Source: a virus
IMG/VR virus record: IMGVR_UViG_3300042509_001467
Span: 16,668 to 80,667 of that record
DNA: 64,000 bases
Reading direction: 5' to 3' (one strand)
Shown: piece by piece, positions 45,692 through 54,465 of the stretch
Position numbering within the stretch: the stretch's first letter is position 1
Layout of the letters: the number at the start of each line of letters is the position of its first letter
Notes under the pieces: model-generated
The model's database searches: none
Seen by the model: only the letters and a program-made list of their open reading frames with translations
Told to the model about the DNA's origin: nothing
Program-made: the position numbers and the translations under genes

Positions 45692-46547
45692 ATCCGAAAT
45701 GGTGGCACTGATTCCGTTTTGGGTGCTTCAGGTTTGCGAAAACAACCAGTATCTTGCGGTTTACTCAGCCTTAAAGTCATTCACCAGCGCAGATCAGCAG
45801 GCGTTCCCGTCTCGGGCTAGGATTGCGAAACGCGCCAGGGTGAGCGTCGTTACTGTGGCTAGGGCGTTGAAGTTTTTTCAGGAGGTTGGAGCCGTCGTGG
45901 TCGAACACCAGTACCACAACAATATGCAGACCGTTTCGCTTTACACGATGCTCATAGACCGACCCAAGAAGTACGAAAATCTGCGCTTCAAAGACCAGCA
46001 AGACGGTGTATCTCCAGAGACACAGCGGTGTATCTCCAGTGATCTACCCGGTATATCTCCCCAGATACACAGAACTAAATCCATAGAACTAGAACCAATT
46101 AAAGAAAAAGAAAAAATACTAAAAGAAAAAGAACCCACGCCAAAAGCAGAGGTCGTTGAAGAGTTTGTTGCCAAGGTAAGAGCCATCTACCCCAAGCGGA
46201 GCGGGAACATGGGATGGAAGTATTTCACTCAAAGAGCCGCGACTCATTTCAAGACTGCCAAGAGTAAAGATGATTTTCTCTTAGCGGTTGCGAACTACAA
46301 GAAAGAGTGCGCCGAGCTTGGAAGGGGTCCAGATTTTATAAAGCAGCCAGCCTCATTCATAGCCGCACACTACGACTACATCACCTCACCCCAGGAGCAA
46401 GAATCCGTCTTTGATGGGGTTAAGTTTGAATCAGGGTGGGGCGATACTCCAAGTAAGCAAGTCAAAATTGCGCCCTGGTCGGAAATGAAGTCTCAGCCAT
46501 CAAGAAAGGTACTCACGATGGATGATGTAGACACGGCGCGGGAATAG
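45678..46547 (+). CDS. Replication initiator (lambda-O/DnaD-like, N-terminal winged HTH)
   Basis: VY.AL.SF....AFPS...IA.....S..TV.RAL..F...G; internal iterons; C-terminal YPKR...FIKQP.SF. Confidence 0.8.
   Translation: MDKVKSEMVALIPFWVLQVCENNQYLAVYSALKSFTSADQQAFPSRARIAKRARVSVVTVARALKFFQEVGAVVVEHQYHNNMQTVSLYTMLIDRPKKYENLRFKDQQDGVSPETQRCISSDLPGISPQIHRTKSIELEPIKEKEKILKEKEPTPKAEVVEEFVAKVRAIYPKRSGNMGWKYFTQRAATHFKTAKSKDDFLLAVANYKKECAELGRGPDFIKQPASFIAAHYDYITSPQEQESVFDGVKFESGWGDTPSKQVKIAPWSEMKSQPSRKVLTMDDVDTARE
46004..46135. repeat. Putative replication origin: three iterons plus A-rich tract
   Basis: CGGTGTATCTCCAG at 46004 and 46026, CGGTATATCTCC at 46049, then an A-rich run ~46100-46135. Confidence 0.75.
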
Positions 46548-46644
46548 AATTGCCCCGTTTTGCCGTCTACGCGCTGTTTCTAGGCGTTCTGATGCCCTTC
46601 CCGTCTCTGAACACGGGTGGCAAAGTAGAGGCGGCTTAAACGCG

Positions 46645-46685
46645 AAAAACAAAACCCCGCCCTAATTGGGCGAGGTGTTTCGTTG
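46645..46685. terminator. Bidirectional terminator at convergence
   Basis: CGCCC-TAATT-GGGCG with A-tract on the left and T-rich sequence on the right. Confidence 0.6.
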
Positions 46686-46805
46686 TTTGGCTAAGAAGCG
46701 GGATATTCTAGCAGCTTCCTCGGGGGTGCAAACCCACCAGTATTGTTTCGATCCTGGTGGGTGTTTGCGAGGGCGTCCTCGTGGTTTCTTTGGCGGTTCG
46801 GTCAT
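46662..46805 (-). CDS. 47-aa AT-hook peptide (not in ORF track)
   Basis: MTEPPKKPRGRPRKHPPG...; start overlaps the upstream stop. Confidence 0.6.
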   Translation of the reverse strand: MTEPPKKPRGRPRKHPPGSKQYWWVCTPEEAARISRFLAKQRNTSPN

Positions 46806-47038
46806 GGATTCCATTCCAAGATTCCAGGGTTTTCACCTGTGTCTACGTCACCAGGCACTACTCCTGCAATTAAGCTCAATGGAATTTCTACTGGGGTTCG
46901 ATTTGCGCCGCAGTTTCTGACGATTGCGACTAAATCATCTTGCCCATCACTGTGAGGGATTGAGAACGAATGAGCTTTGTACCATGTCGTTTCGTCTTTC
47001 CATGTGATGCCTACTAGAATGTTTTGTGGTTGGTTCAT
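46802..47038 (-). CDS. Hypothetical early protein
   Basis: GGAGG RBS before MNQPQ. Confidence 0.6.
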   Translation of the reverse strand: MNQPQNILVGITWKDETTWYKAHSFSIPHSDGQDDLVAIVRNCGANRTPVEIPLSLIAGVVPGDVDTGENPGILEWNP

Positions 47039-47241
47039 TGATTTCCTCCGTAAACGTAAGCCGCCTTGCACTCCATGAATTGAGTTTGGGTTACCGATGA
47101 TCCACACTCTTCACGAATGGCGTTCACGTCGGCAGATCGTCCAGCACCAGGGATGCTGAAATAGTGGCAGAGAATGAAGATGAATGCAGAGGCTAGAAAG
47201 ATGCCTAGCGTGGCGAGTAGAGTTAGTTCGATTTTATTCAT
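47035..47241 (-). CDS. Small membrane protein
   Basis: N-terminal TM helix; AGGTAA RBS. Confidence 0.65.
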   Translation of the reverse strand: MNKIELTLLATLGIFLASAFIFILCHYFSIPGAGRSADVNAIREECGSSVTQTQFMECKAAYVYGGNQ

Positions 47242-47253
47242 TTGGTTTTACCT

Positions 47254-47288
47254 AACCTCTTTTCGAGGTCGAGGGAGCGAACCCCCTC
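47254..47288 (-). ncRNA. Tandem-hairpin RNA element before RBS
   Basis: GAGGGGG-UUCG-CUCCCUC directly followed by GACCUC-GAAAA-GAGGUU. Confidence 0.5.
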
Positions 47289-47298
47289 CGCACGGTTT

Positions 47299-47598
47299 TC
47301 ACGCCTCGGATTGTTCAGCTTGACCCCAGTCTTTACACAAGTCGTTCCAAATGTCGTAGGTGTCGTTGTCACCAGGGCAAACTTCAAAGGGCTTGCCCAT
47401 GTCGTAGTTAAAGCAAGTGATTTGAACTTGCTTACCTGATTCTAGGCTTCGGTCAATGCTAATCTTAATGATTGCGTGATGGGCGCTAAATCTGCTTGTA
47501 TACTTGCCGCATTCCGAGTGGACGGCTTTAATCACGTTACCTAGTTGCAGATCAGAAGCGGAGCAGGAAAATGTTGAGTGGGAGATAGATGTTTTCAT
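47299..47598 (-). CDS. Hypothetical early protein downstream of the hammerhead
   Basis: AGGTAA RBS. Confidence 0.65.
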   Translation of the reverse strand: MKTSISHSTFSCSASDLQLGNVIKAVHSECGKYTSRFSAHHAIIKISIDRSLESGKQVQITCFNYDMGKPFEVCPGDNDTYDIWNDLCKDWGQAEQSEA

Positions 47599-47610
47599 TT
47601 GGTTTTACCT

Positions 47611-47665
47611 TTGCCTGGCTCTTCAGTTAGGGGCGGCAATCCCTAAGACCCCGAAGGGTTTCGCC
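47611..47665 (-). ncRNA. Hammerhead self-cleaving ribozyme, type II with pseudoknot
   Basis: Minus-strand RNA GGC-GAAA-CCC-UUCG-GGG-UC/-UUAGGG-AUUGCCGC-CCCUAA-CUGAAGA-GCC-A-GGCAA. Full CUGANGA and GAAA core, GUC cleavage triplet, loop-I UUGCC pairs with 3' GGCAA. Predicted cut C47647/U47646. Confidence 0.95.
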
Positions 47666-48052
47666 TTAGATTCTGGTTAAGTTGTAGCCAATCTCATTCT
47701 TGCCGTAGTATGTGCGCTCCAGCAGGTATCCACACTCTTTCAGGGCGTCGCATAGGGAATTGATACCAACGCCAGCGCATGAGCTAATCTTGCCATGCTC
47801 AGCCGTGCCACGCTCAAAAAGCCATTTGAGAGAGTAAGCAAGGCAAGCGGAGTGCTTATCATAGCCGCAACCACTAGCAGAAGCCAGCTTGATACCGCCG
47901 ATGGTGTAGACCGTGGGGATGTTGCCCCATGTGCGGGATGATGTAAAGACTACGCCAAGTTGAATTGTGCCGCCTGACTTTTGGATTAGGTTTTGGGAGA
48001 GGAAAAAATCTTGGATTCGGGATTCGGTTGTGTTGAGTTTTTGAGTTTTCAT
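47666..48052 (-). CDS. Conserved early protein (homolog of 10703..11119)
   Basis: SRTWG.IP, ASGCGYDKHSA, LKW, EHGKI..AGVG. Confidence 0.8.
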   Translation of the reverse strand: MKTQKLNTTESRIQDFFLSQNLIQKSGGTIQLGVVFTSSRTWGNIPTVYTIGGIKLASASGCGYDKHSACLAYSLKWLFERGTAEHGKISSCAGVGINSLCDALKECGYLLERTYYGKNEIGYNLTRI

Positions 48053-48447
48053 TTGATTTACCTTCGTCCCGATCTCTCGGGTACATAATCATTATTACAT
48101 AGAAAATCGGAATTGGTAGGGTTGAGGCGCATTTCCATCAAATATGTCATGCGTAGGTTCAAAATTGAGGCGTGATTATGGGCAAATCATCAAATCTGTC
48201 ATGTCCAGGCTGAAAACGTCGAAAAACGATAAAAAACGTAGTATTTGGGAGATAATCAAAGAAAAACGACGATCCGCGTAGGCACAAACTCGCCTCAAAA
48301 AACGTTCAGGGGGAAAGGGGGAACGGCCAAAATCGTCAGAAATATCATGCGATTTGAACCTACGCCCATCCAAAGAAGCAACAAAATCATCAAAAAGATC
48401 ATGTTTCGCGCATCGCTTGGGTATGCTCCGGGCGTCTGGAAAAATAT

Positions 48448-49008
48448 ATGCTAGCGATAGATGCAGGTCATGGGATGATGAATACGGGCATAGGGTACGA
48501 CCCTGGCGCGACGGCTCGTCACGGCGGCAAAACCTACAAGGAGGCAGATATTGCCCTGGAGTACGCACTCACCATGAAGCAGGTGTGCATTGATCTTGGG
48601 ATACCGTACAAGCTGACGCGCAGCCTAAAGGTTCAACCTGCCCCATTGAAGCACCGAGTATCCCGTATGAAAGGTGCAAGGGCATTGATTAGCTTCCATT
48701 GCAACGCTGGCGGTGGTACAGGCACGGAGACGATCTACGGGGATGATTCGGATACTCGTTGGGCGTTAGCCGTTCAGGATGCCGCCCTAAAGGGCTTGGA
48801 GCTACGCAATCGCGGGCTTAAAGACGATTCGACCACCAGGCACGGCAAGTTAGCGATACTCCAAGGCTCGTTTCCGTCGGCATTACTGGAGCTTGGTTTC
48901 ATCGACAATCGGGATGACGTACATCGGATGACCGAACGGGCAAGGCGTTTGAAGGTTTGCTACGGCATCGCCACGGCGTATATCCGAATATATGGAAACA
49001 AAAACTAG
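48448..49008 (+). CDS. Endolysin, N-acetylmuramoyl-L-alanine amidase (Amidase_3)
   Basis: IDAGHG, E..IAL, ISFHCNA, G.ET, LLELGFIDN. Confidence 0.93.
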   Translation: MLAIDAGHGMMNTGIGYDPGATARHGGKTYKEADIALEYALTMKQVCIDLGIPYKLTRSLKVQPAPLKHRVSRMKGARALISFHCNAGGGTGTETIYGDDSDTRWALAVQDAALKGLELRNRGLKDDSTTRHGKLAILQGSFPSALLELGFIDNRDDVHRMTERARRLKVCYGIATAYIRIYGNKN

Positions 49009-49177
49009 GGGTTTGGCTAATGAAATTCATTATAGGGAAGCACAAAACATTATTAGGCGGTGGGGCATGAATTACGGCTTATTGGCTTTGGCGGTGTGTT
49101 TGGGGACGTTTGTGGCTGACATTCTGAAGATCATGCTTGCGGCGTTTATCGAAGTGCGGAGCGGTCAAGAGTTGTGA
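48992..49177 (+). CDS. Small membrane protein
   Basis: Hydrophobic C-terminal half; true start uncertain. Confidence 0.4.
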   Translation: METKTRGLANEIHYREAQNIIRRWGMNYGLLALAVCLGTFVADILKIMLAAFIEVRSGQEL

Positions 49178-49198
49178 ACGAAAAAGAGGTGATGAGCG

Positions 49199-49462
49199 TT
49201 GAGTTTTGATATGTCTGGACTTAATAAGCAGGTGCCTCTTTGGGGCTTTATTCTCTCTGTTCTCGTTGCGTTCGGTGGAGCGGCTACGGTTTGGGGGCAA
49301 TCGAAACAAGAGCTGGTTGCGCTCAGGAATGACCTTCAAGCGGCAAAGGTTCAGATGGAAGAAGAGAGGCGGGAAAGCAACGAGAGGTACAAGGCGATCA
49401 GTGACCGTTTGGCGTACATCTCCGAGACGGTTTACGAGATTAAAGGGAAAGTGAATAAATGA
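49199..49462 (+). CDS. Membrane-anchored coiled-coil lysis-module protein
   Basis: TM helix then coiled coil. Confidence 0.55.
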   Translation: MSFDMSGLNKQVPLWGFILSVLVAFGGAATVWGQSKQELVALRNDLQAAKVQMEEERRESNERYKAISDRLAYISETVYEIKGKVNK

Positions 49463-49656
49463 AAGACAAACTAATTCTTGCAGGTGCTTTAAGCGGGCTT
49501 CTTGGAGCCGCTAGAGCCGATTACGAAGCGTTCAAGTCATGGAAGAGCGCAAAAGATGCATTGACCTATGACTGGAGCATTGCGTTCTGGCGTTGGTTCC
49601 AGGGCGGGATCATTGGAGCGGTGACCGTGGCGGGACTTTTTGAGGTGGCGGCGTGA
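49459..49656 (+). CDS. Putative holin-like protein
   Basis: Two hydrophobic segments, in the lysis cluster. Confidence 0.5.
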   Translation: MKDKLILAGALSGLLGAARADYEAFKSWKSAKDALTYDWSIAFWRWFQGGIIGAVTVAGLFEVAA

Positions 49657-49838
49657 GTAACCGTATTCGCTTTGGCGTTCGTGTCCCATTCTTCCGTAAT
49701 GCGGGGGTGTTGGTGTTCCGCAAGGTATCTCCAGCGAATACCCAACGGTTTAGCGAGTTGGTGGACTTGATTCGCCTTTTGCTTGAGCAGCAGGGGCAAT
49801 CCAGCGACGCGATTGTGTTTGAAGTTACCCCGTCATGA
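49653..49838 (+). CDS. Hypothetical protein
   Basis: 4-nt overlaps on both sides. Confidence 0.5.
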   Translation: MSNRIRFGVRVPFFRNAGVLVFRKVSPANTQRFSELVDLIRLLLEQQGQSSDAIVFEVTPS

Positions 49839-50233
49839 GTGAACACCTTCCGGCGTCCGTAGATATAGCCTCGTTGGTGCAATCACTAGCGGGGTGCGAC
49901 TATAACCATTTCGACATTGCGGAGATTATTGGGTTGCCAGTGGATCAGATGCGGCGGGACTATGCAAACCAGCTAAAGGCGCGTGAGGTGTTGATTGATG
50001 ATGCCTACTATTGCGCTCAGAGTCTTGTGAAGCGTTTGCGGCGGCACTTAGAGGCGGGGACGCATGAGCAGATGCCACGGCACGTATTCAACGAGAGTGC
50101 AAAGCTGGTGGTTGAAACGCTTAAGAGTAAGGGCGGTTGGACGGTTAACCCTGTGACGGCTACCCTGAACTACGATATGAGTAACCCTGAGGTCGTGAAG
50201 GCTTTGAAAATTCTTGGGGTCGAGCTTGGCTAA
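49835..50233 (+). CDS. Putative terminase small subunit
   Basis: N-terminal HTH (DIAEIIGL...RRDY..L), LKSKGGW, precedes TerL. Confidence 0.6.
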   Translation: MSEHLPASVDIASLVQSLAGCDYNHFDIAEIIGLPVDQMRRDYANQLKAREVLIDDAYYCAQSLVKRLRRHLEAGTHEQMPRHVFNESAKLVVETLKSKGGWTVNPVTATLNYDMSNPEVVKALKILGVELG

Positions 50234-51908
50234 ATCGTTGACCTTCCCCAACGGGAAGAAGTCAATCATTCTCACGGATGCCGAGAAGGAAGCGGCGGCG
50301 CGTACATTGCGATTAGCCGAACGCGGCGTATGCCTTTGGGGCAATCAGTTCAAGGACAATGCGCGGGATGCCTGTAAGTTTATTTTCGGCTACATTCACA
50401 CGCAAGAGGAAACCACGGGTGCAGAGATGCGGATACCTCGTAAGCGTTATCTGATGAACATTGCCCGGAATTGGTACAAGTGCCGCAGATCGGGCAGGAC
50501 GTTCTACATCCATAAGTCACGGCGTCTCATTGTGTCGTGGTTTGTGCGATCCTTAGAGCTATTTGCGGCGGGTTTCTCGTCTGCTGGCTTTGGTATTGCC
50601 GCGAAACACTTCCAAGGCATGAACGGTGCTTGTGCGTTCGTGTGGCGCGTGTATTTCCTGTATGAGAGTTTGCGCGTCAATTACCCTGAATGGAACCTAG
50701 AGAAATCTAGTCCTAGGGGTGCGGTGCTGAGTAAAGAGCTTGATACGCTGATTTTGCCCAACGGGGCCATCTTCCACGCGCTTAATAGCGACAAGGAAGG
50801 CGTTCGTGGTGGTGGTATGTCTTACATTGCCTATGAGGAATTGTCGGGGTACTCCAATCCCGATGCGGTCATTGGGCAGGGTCGAATCATTGTGCAAGGT
50901 CCAGCGGGTGAGGTCGGCGGTATGGTTTGCGCTATTTCTAACGCAAGTGCCAATCCAGAGTATAAGGCTCAGATCAAGGGCGACCACCAGATTAGACCCG
51001 TGGTAGTGCCAGACAAGACGTACAATGCGGACTCCGGGGGTTTGGTGCAAGTGATCCACTACAAAGCAGACCCGGCAAAGGATGACGCTTGGGTAACGCT
51101 AACAAAGGCTGGAGTACCGCCCCGTGAGTGGGAAGCGGAAATGGAACTCAGCGACGAGATACATTCAGGCGATCCTGTTCACGCTCAATTTGAGTACGCG
51201 ATCCATGCTCCTACATCTGGCAGACATGAGCTTTGGAAGATTGACCCTAACGGTGAACTCATTGGATCGTGGGACTGCTCAACCAGCACGGTTAACTTCT
51301 CGTTCGTGCTGAAGCAGATCACAAAGAATCGGCACGGCGAAGATCAGGTGCAGACGCTACTTGGCTATGACAGCGGAGGCGCATCGAACATCTATGCCTT
51401 TTGCGAGGGCTTGATGGCTCATTTACGGCGCAACTATCCAAGGCTTGAAGGTTGGCGCATTGAACACTTCGGAGACCCTGCAATGACCGCACGTAGTGGA
51501 AGCGATCCCAATGGACGTACCATGCAGGAGATTATTCGCTCACTTGGCTACAACATCAAGGTCGCTCCAACCCAGAACGTGCAGGATCGTCTCAATGGGA
51601 CGGACAGGCTCCAATCCCAGACGTTATCCGATGGCTCCCCGCGTTGGGTAGTCAATGAATACGGATGCCCAACGCTTGTTGAGGCACTTAAAGGCGCGTA
51701 CTGTTGGCGTGAGGTTAAGAATGTACATACGGGTGGGCAAACGGTGTACAAAGAGCCAGCAAAGAATGGATTTAGTCACGCTGCGGATGCTAACCAATAC
51801 GGCGACTTGGTAGCAGATCGAAGGATCAACGCACCAAAACAATCTAGGGAAACATCAGGAGGAATGAAGTTTAATGAGAAAGCGGCATTTGGTAAGCCTA
51901 AAAGGTAA
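50214..51908 (+). CDS. terL: Terminase large subunit
   Basis: KSRRL.VSW (Walker A variant), IAYEE, GDPA, K..FSHAADA.QY. Confidence 0.85.
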   Translation: MGSSLAKSLTFPNGKKSIILTDAEKEAAARTLRLAERGVCLWGNQFKDNARDACKFIFGYIHTQEETTGAEMRIPRKRYLMNIARNWYKCRRSGRTFYIHKSRRLIVSWFVRSLELFAAGFSSAGFGIAAKHFQGMNGACAFVWRVYFLYESLRVNYPEWNLEKSSPRGAVLSKELDTLILPNGAIFHALNSDKEGVRGGGMSYIAYEELSGYSNPDAVIGQGRIIVQGPAGEVGGMVCAISNASANPEYKAQIKGDHQIRPVVVPDKTYNADSGGLVQVIHYKADPAKDDAWVTLTKAGVPPREWEAEMELSDEIHSGDPVHAQFEYAIHAPTSGRHELWKIDPNGELIGSWDCSTSTVNFSFVLKQITKNRHGEDQVQTLLGYDSGGASNIYAFCEGLMAHLRRNYPRLEGWRIEHFGDPAMTARSGSDPNGRTMQEIIRSLGYNIKVAPTQNVQDRLNGTDRLQSQTLSDGSPRWVVNEYGCPTLVEALKGAYCWREVKNVHTGGQTVYKEPAKNGFSHAADANQYGDLVADRRINAPKQSRETSGGMKFNEKAAFGKPKR

Positions 51909-52548
51909 GCGCGTAGCCTATCCACCGATGCAGGGCGTCACGATGGCGCGTGGCACTATGGCGGTTGCGCTTTATGAGGGCGAGGATACGCACGGGAGCA
52001 TCATTCTCACGGACAAGAGCCAGGACAAGGCTATTAGCTGGTTTGGTCGCGTGGTTGCTGAGAATCATTCAGGATTCAATCTCGGTGACGAAGTGATTAC
52101 GCTTCCGATGCAAGGCAAGATTTTAGAGCGTTGGAATTATCGTGGGTGTAAATACCCGATAGTGCAGATGTTAGGTATTGAGGTGGACGACTTAGCGGGT
52201 GAAGCTGAGGTGCGAAAGCCAGGTATGGAGACTCAAATCGTTATGAAAGTTGAAGAAAAAGGAATTACTCTACCCAAAGGGAAGATTTTAGGCTTTGTGA
52301 AGTATCACAACAAGACGGCTGGAGGGCTAATTTTGCCAGACCGCGCTAAGAAGTTCGATTCTACGTGCGTTGTGCTTGCCGTAGGCGAAGGTAGCGAGGT
52401 TAAGCCCGGTGACAGGGTGATGTTCTCTGAGAAGGGCGTCATTGAGGCGCATGGCGATAGCTTCAAGCAGTTCTACCCGGAACTAAGCGAAGAGGAAGGA
52501 CGGTTGATCGTAGTGAATGAGTCGGCACTCTGGGCAGTGATTGAATGA
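51874..52548 (+). CDS. Tandem two-domain GroES/Cpn10-like co-chaperonin (start uncertain)
   Basis: Domain 1: T.GSIILTD.....GRVVA.....LGDEVI. Domain 2: KTAGGLILPD......VVLAVGEG..VKPGDRVMFS...IVVNE..L.AVIE. Confidence 0.75.
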   Translation: MRKRHLVSLKGKRVAYPPMQGVTMARGTMAVALYEGEDTHGSIILTDKSQDKAISWFGRVVAENHSGFNLGDEVITLPMQGKILERWNYRGCKYPIVQMLGIEVDDLAGEAEVRKPGMETQIVMKVEEKGITLPKGKILGFVKYHNKTAGGLILPDRAKKFDSTCVVLAVGEGSEVKPGDRVMFSEKGVIEAHGDSFKQFYPELSEEEGRLIVVNESALWAVIE

Positions 52549-54365
52549 AAGATTTTGTAATTGACGTAAACGATAAAAAGGCGGGTACTAAGTTCAACAA
52601 GAACGATGAAGTATCAAGGCTTAATCTTGCCCAGCAGATCATTGATTACGCTGATAATGACGAGAGTACGAAGGGAGATTTGCGCCCCGTATGGGATGAA
52701 ACTACTTCGCACTACTACACGGTTAGCCCTGAAAGGCTTATTACGGGACACATGGCTTCGCCTAGCAAGATGCCCGTACCTGTTTTGTCTAGCCGAGTAG
52801 ACGCGATTGTCAATTACATCACGGGTGCGATTACAAACGCATACCCGTACTTTGTGGGTAACGCTTCGGGTGATGACTACAAGAAGGTGAATCAAGCTGA
52901 GGCGATGGTTCAATGGGCTTTGGATCGTGACGGCTTCCCTGCTAAAGCTAGGCTTTCGGCATGGCAAGCGGTAATGTTCAACCGTAGCTATTTTTATGTG
53001 ACGTTTGGGGCTACGCCTAAGAGTATGCCAGACGCTTTAGAAGGAAGCGCACCCGTTTCTGGTGATCCAGAGTTTGCAGAGTGTGGCGTCCGCGTTAAGG
53101 TAATTCACGCCAAGGACTTTATCGCGTACCCGAATAACTGTGAGAGTCTTTCGGAGTGTGTTTTTGTCGGGTTTAAGGCTGACCGTACACTTAGGCAGAT
53201 TCGCGCCTTAATGGATCAGGGGTACTTTATTGAGCAGGAGCTGGAGGAGTCTACAAACGCGGGTGAAGACTTCCAGAAGGAAATTGACGCAGGAGGACCA
53301 TCAATATCATACGAAGACACCGTAGACGAGCCAGTGAAGACCATCATTGGGCTAGCCAAACTGGATTTGGACAAGAAGGGCAGTTCGTCGTGGTGGGAAG
53401 TCGAAGTTTTAGAGTCAAGCCGTCAAACCCTGAGAGTAGTACCTTACACGTACCACAGACCATGCTTCTTCGCCCCGACGATTTTACAGCCTTACGGCGA
53501 GATATTGACATCAGACTCGGTAGCAAGGAGAATTCTTCCAGCGCACAAGATGATTCAGGAAGCGGTGAATCTGCAACTGGACGGGATGATGGTGACGACC
53601 TTCCCGATGCAATTCTATAACAAGGACAAGGGCTTGCCGCTTGAAGTTAATAGCTATTCTCCGGGTCAACTTGTAGGATGCGAAGGTTTGCCAGAGTTTG
53701 TATCGTTCGTAAGCCAATTTAATCCAAGCATGACAGCGGCGATTATTGACATGGGCAATACGCTTGCTACCCAAGCTGGTTCTATTCCAGACACGGGTAC
53801 AGGGACGCAATACAACGCTAATTCTACAGCGGCGGCAGTGAACGCAACGGAAAGCTCGAAAGATGTTTCGGTCAATGCCTACCTTTCCATGTACGCGGGA
53901 AGTGAACTCGGTGAAATGGCTGAGTACGTGCGCCATCTTTGCTATGAAAATTACGATTTGCTTTATGGCGTCTATGGCGCGGCTTTGCCATGCAAAAGTC
54001 AGGACGACTTAGACGTAAAAACCCATTTCACGGTCAATGGTCGCAACGCTGGAAGTTCTCCACAGAGTCAACTTGCGGGTATTGACGCGATCATGGAGCG
54101 ATTAAAGCAGGTGGATATGTCGAATCCAGTAGAGCGCGCCTTATTGAAGGCATTTGTACGCGCCACAAACGTTAGCAACGAACAAGAGGTAATGAATGAA
54201 CTCGAACAACTTGAACAGCAGATCACCGAGCAACTCGCCGCCCAGGAGCAAATGCAGTCAGGAATGGGCGACATGGCACAAGGGATGCCGCCTGGAATTG
54301 ATCCAGGTGCTTACGCGGAGGAGGGAGCGATGCCTGGAGGACTTGACGAGTTCGCAGGGTATTGA
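52545..54365 (+). CDS. Portal protein
   Basis: 606 aa after TerL; P22-like layout, Q/M/G-rich tail. Confidence 0.8.
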   Translation: MKDFVIDVNDKKAGTKFNKNDEVSRLNLAQQIIDYADNDESTKGDLRPVWDETTSHYYTVSPERLITGHMASPSKMPVPVLSSRVDAIVNYITGAITNAYPYFVGNASGDDYKKVNQAEAMVQWALDRDGFPAKARLSAWQAVMFNRSYFYVTFGATPKSMPDALEGSAPVSGDPEFAECGVRVKVIHAKDFIAYPNNCESLSECVFVGFKADRTLRQIRALMDQGYFIEQELEESTNAGEDFQKEIDAGGPSISYEDTVDEPVKTIIGLAKLDLDKKGSSSWWEVEVLESSRQTLRVVPYTYHRPCFFAPTILQPYGEILTSDSVARRILPAHKMIQEAVNLQLDGMMVTTFPMQFYNKDKGLPLEVNSYSPGQLVGCEGLPEFVSFVSQFNPSMTAAIIDMGNTLATQAGSIPDTGTGTQYNANSTAAAVNATESSKDVSVNAYLSMYAGSELGEMAEYVRHLCYENYDLLYGVYGAALPCKSQDDLDVKTHFTVNGRNAGSSPQSQLAGIDAIMERLKQVDMSNPVERALLKAFVRATNVSNEQEVMNELEQLEQQITEQLAAQEQMQSGMGDMAQGMPPGIDPGAYAEEGAMPGGLDEFAGY

Positions 54366-54465
54366 CGTGCCTAAACTTCAAGGCAAGGCAGAGGAATTAC
54401 GCATTTTGATTACGACACTCCAGACATTAAAAGAAGGGCGTATGCCTTTTGAGGAAAACCTATGA
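54196..54465 (+). CDS. Small post-portal protein overlapping the portal tail (start uncertain)
   Basis: W..W...L...L......EDL.......LQG....L pattern; stop overlaps the scaffold start. Confidence 0.45.
   Translation: MNSNNLNSRSPSNSPPRSKCSQEWATWHKGCRLELIQVLTRRRERCLEDLTSSQGIDVPKLQGKAEELRILITTLQTLKEGRMPFEENL

Noticed and set aside
48176-48593. Several ORFs across the phage B switch region
   Set aside because: They cross an AT-rich regulatory region and overlap the amidase; composition is not protein-like.
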